Assembly (NCBI GenBank): GCA_043228905.1
Contig: JBHGNT010000007.1
Coordinates: 5,704,001 to 5,768,000 of the forward strand
DNA length: 64,000 nt
Direction: 5' to 3'
Source: Azolla caroliniana
Taxonomy: Eukaryota > Plantae > Polypodiophyta
Of this stretch, positions 63,085 through 64,000 are shown piece after piece (position 1 is the stretch's first letter; each line of letters begins with the position of its first letter). The translations under genes and the position numbers were made by a program. Below the pieces are notes generated by a model. That model did not search any database. It was not told the origin of the DNA and saw nothing but the letters and a program-made list of their open reading frames with translations.

Positions 63085-64000
63085 GTAAGATTTTTGTGTA
63101 AGGATGCTGATTTTCACCTTCTGAAAACATGTTATATTTTGAGAAGATCACAGCTCTATCTAACTCACATATGGAAGAATGAACTCATGAGGAGATGCAT
63201 ATTTTAAAAATGGTGCCTACTTGGGCCATCATTCCCAGATCTACAAGGATATCCGTCTTCTCACCTGCATCTTATTTTTTTGGGTTTCTTATTTGAGCGT
63301 GTTACTTTAAGTAGTTTCATCTATCCACTTTTTCAGACACAATATCTTTAGTGCCAATGATGATCTCCACATTTCTGGCACATGATTTCTGACAGTAAAA
63401 TCAGGTCGTTGTAAATAGTTAAAGCAATGTAGATGGAAGGGAAATTGATTTACTTACAGTTTTTGTCAGTTGTGAACGAAATTCAAAGAAATTTGATAAA
63501 ATATGACTATTCTGAATTTTGCTTGTTATCTTAACTGCTCAAAAGCTTCCCTGGTATTTGAAAAGAATCAATTCCACCTTGACTCAAGACTATGTATTTG
63601 GAGATTCAGATTCTTTTGATGGCATAATATAAAAGCAGCTTACTGATTAATTCTGTTCAAGGATCCAAAGAAATCACAAATCTAAAGATAGGGAATGTCA
63701 AAACTATTCTATCTGGCTCCTTTTCATCCAAAGTTGGCCTTCTTTAAGTTGGCCATCTCGGAAATCTCGGCATTTATGGGGTGCTATAGATAACTTATTT
63801 AGTAGGTATGGGAATAATGATCTCATGCCTAATGATGGCAGTAATTATCACTTGGTGGATCCAACACACTTATAAAAGAGAACTCACTGGATTGAGTTTC
63901 TTATCAGTGTATGCTCTATGTTTCTATCACCCTTGACTCCCGTCATTCCACGATTTGCAGTCCAATACATTGCCATTTCTGTTTTAGATACTTTATTAAT

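Overview
Eukaryotic nuclear DNA from a land plant, most likely a fern. The fern call is an inference from the style of the PLS-class PPR proteins and LINE families; short introns and fairly high gene density suggest a compact genome. I reconstructed seven protein-coding loci. In window order: mevalonate kinase (+, 5 exons, 395 aa, last intron looks U12-type); an intronless PLS-E PPR gene (+) with a decayed 5' end; VMA12/TMEM199 V-ATPase assembly factor (-, 4 exons, 225 aa); a second PLS-E PPR gene (-) with an in-frame stop in its first motif; an RNF170-like RING/DUF1232 E3 ligase (-, 6 coding exons, 259 aa); intronless TIC20-II-like (-); and the 5' part of an ATX3/4/5-like PWWP histone methyltransferase (+, runs off the window). 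An unidentified Ser/Pro-rich ORF with a telomere-repeat-rich promoter lies at about 24.2-25.1 kb. Intergenic DNA holds decayed L1 and RTE-like LINEs, Copia and Gypsy remnants, tRNA-derived SINE-like heads, MITEs and many micro- and minisatellites. I found no CRISPR array, no prokaryote-like operon and no evidence for a wholly new multi-gene system. The observations most worth checking are: a microsatellite-embedded, TIR-bounded element carrying a Mutator-like zinc-finger fragment; a rearranged copy of VMA12 intron sequence 15 kb away; the parallel N-terminal decay of both PPR genes; a putative U12 intron and a duplicated splice donor in MVK; a spliced uORF in the RNF170-like gene; and a conserved LINE 3' stem-loop. 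All gene and family calls are by visual motif recognition, not database search.
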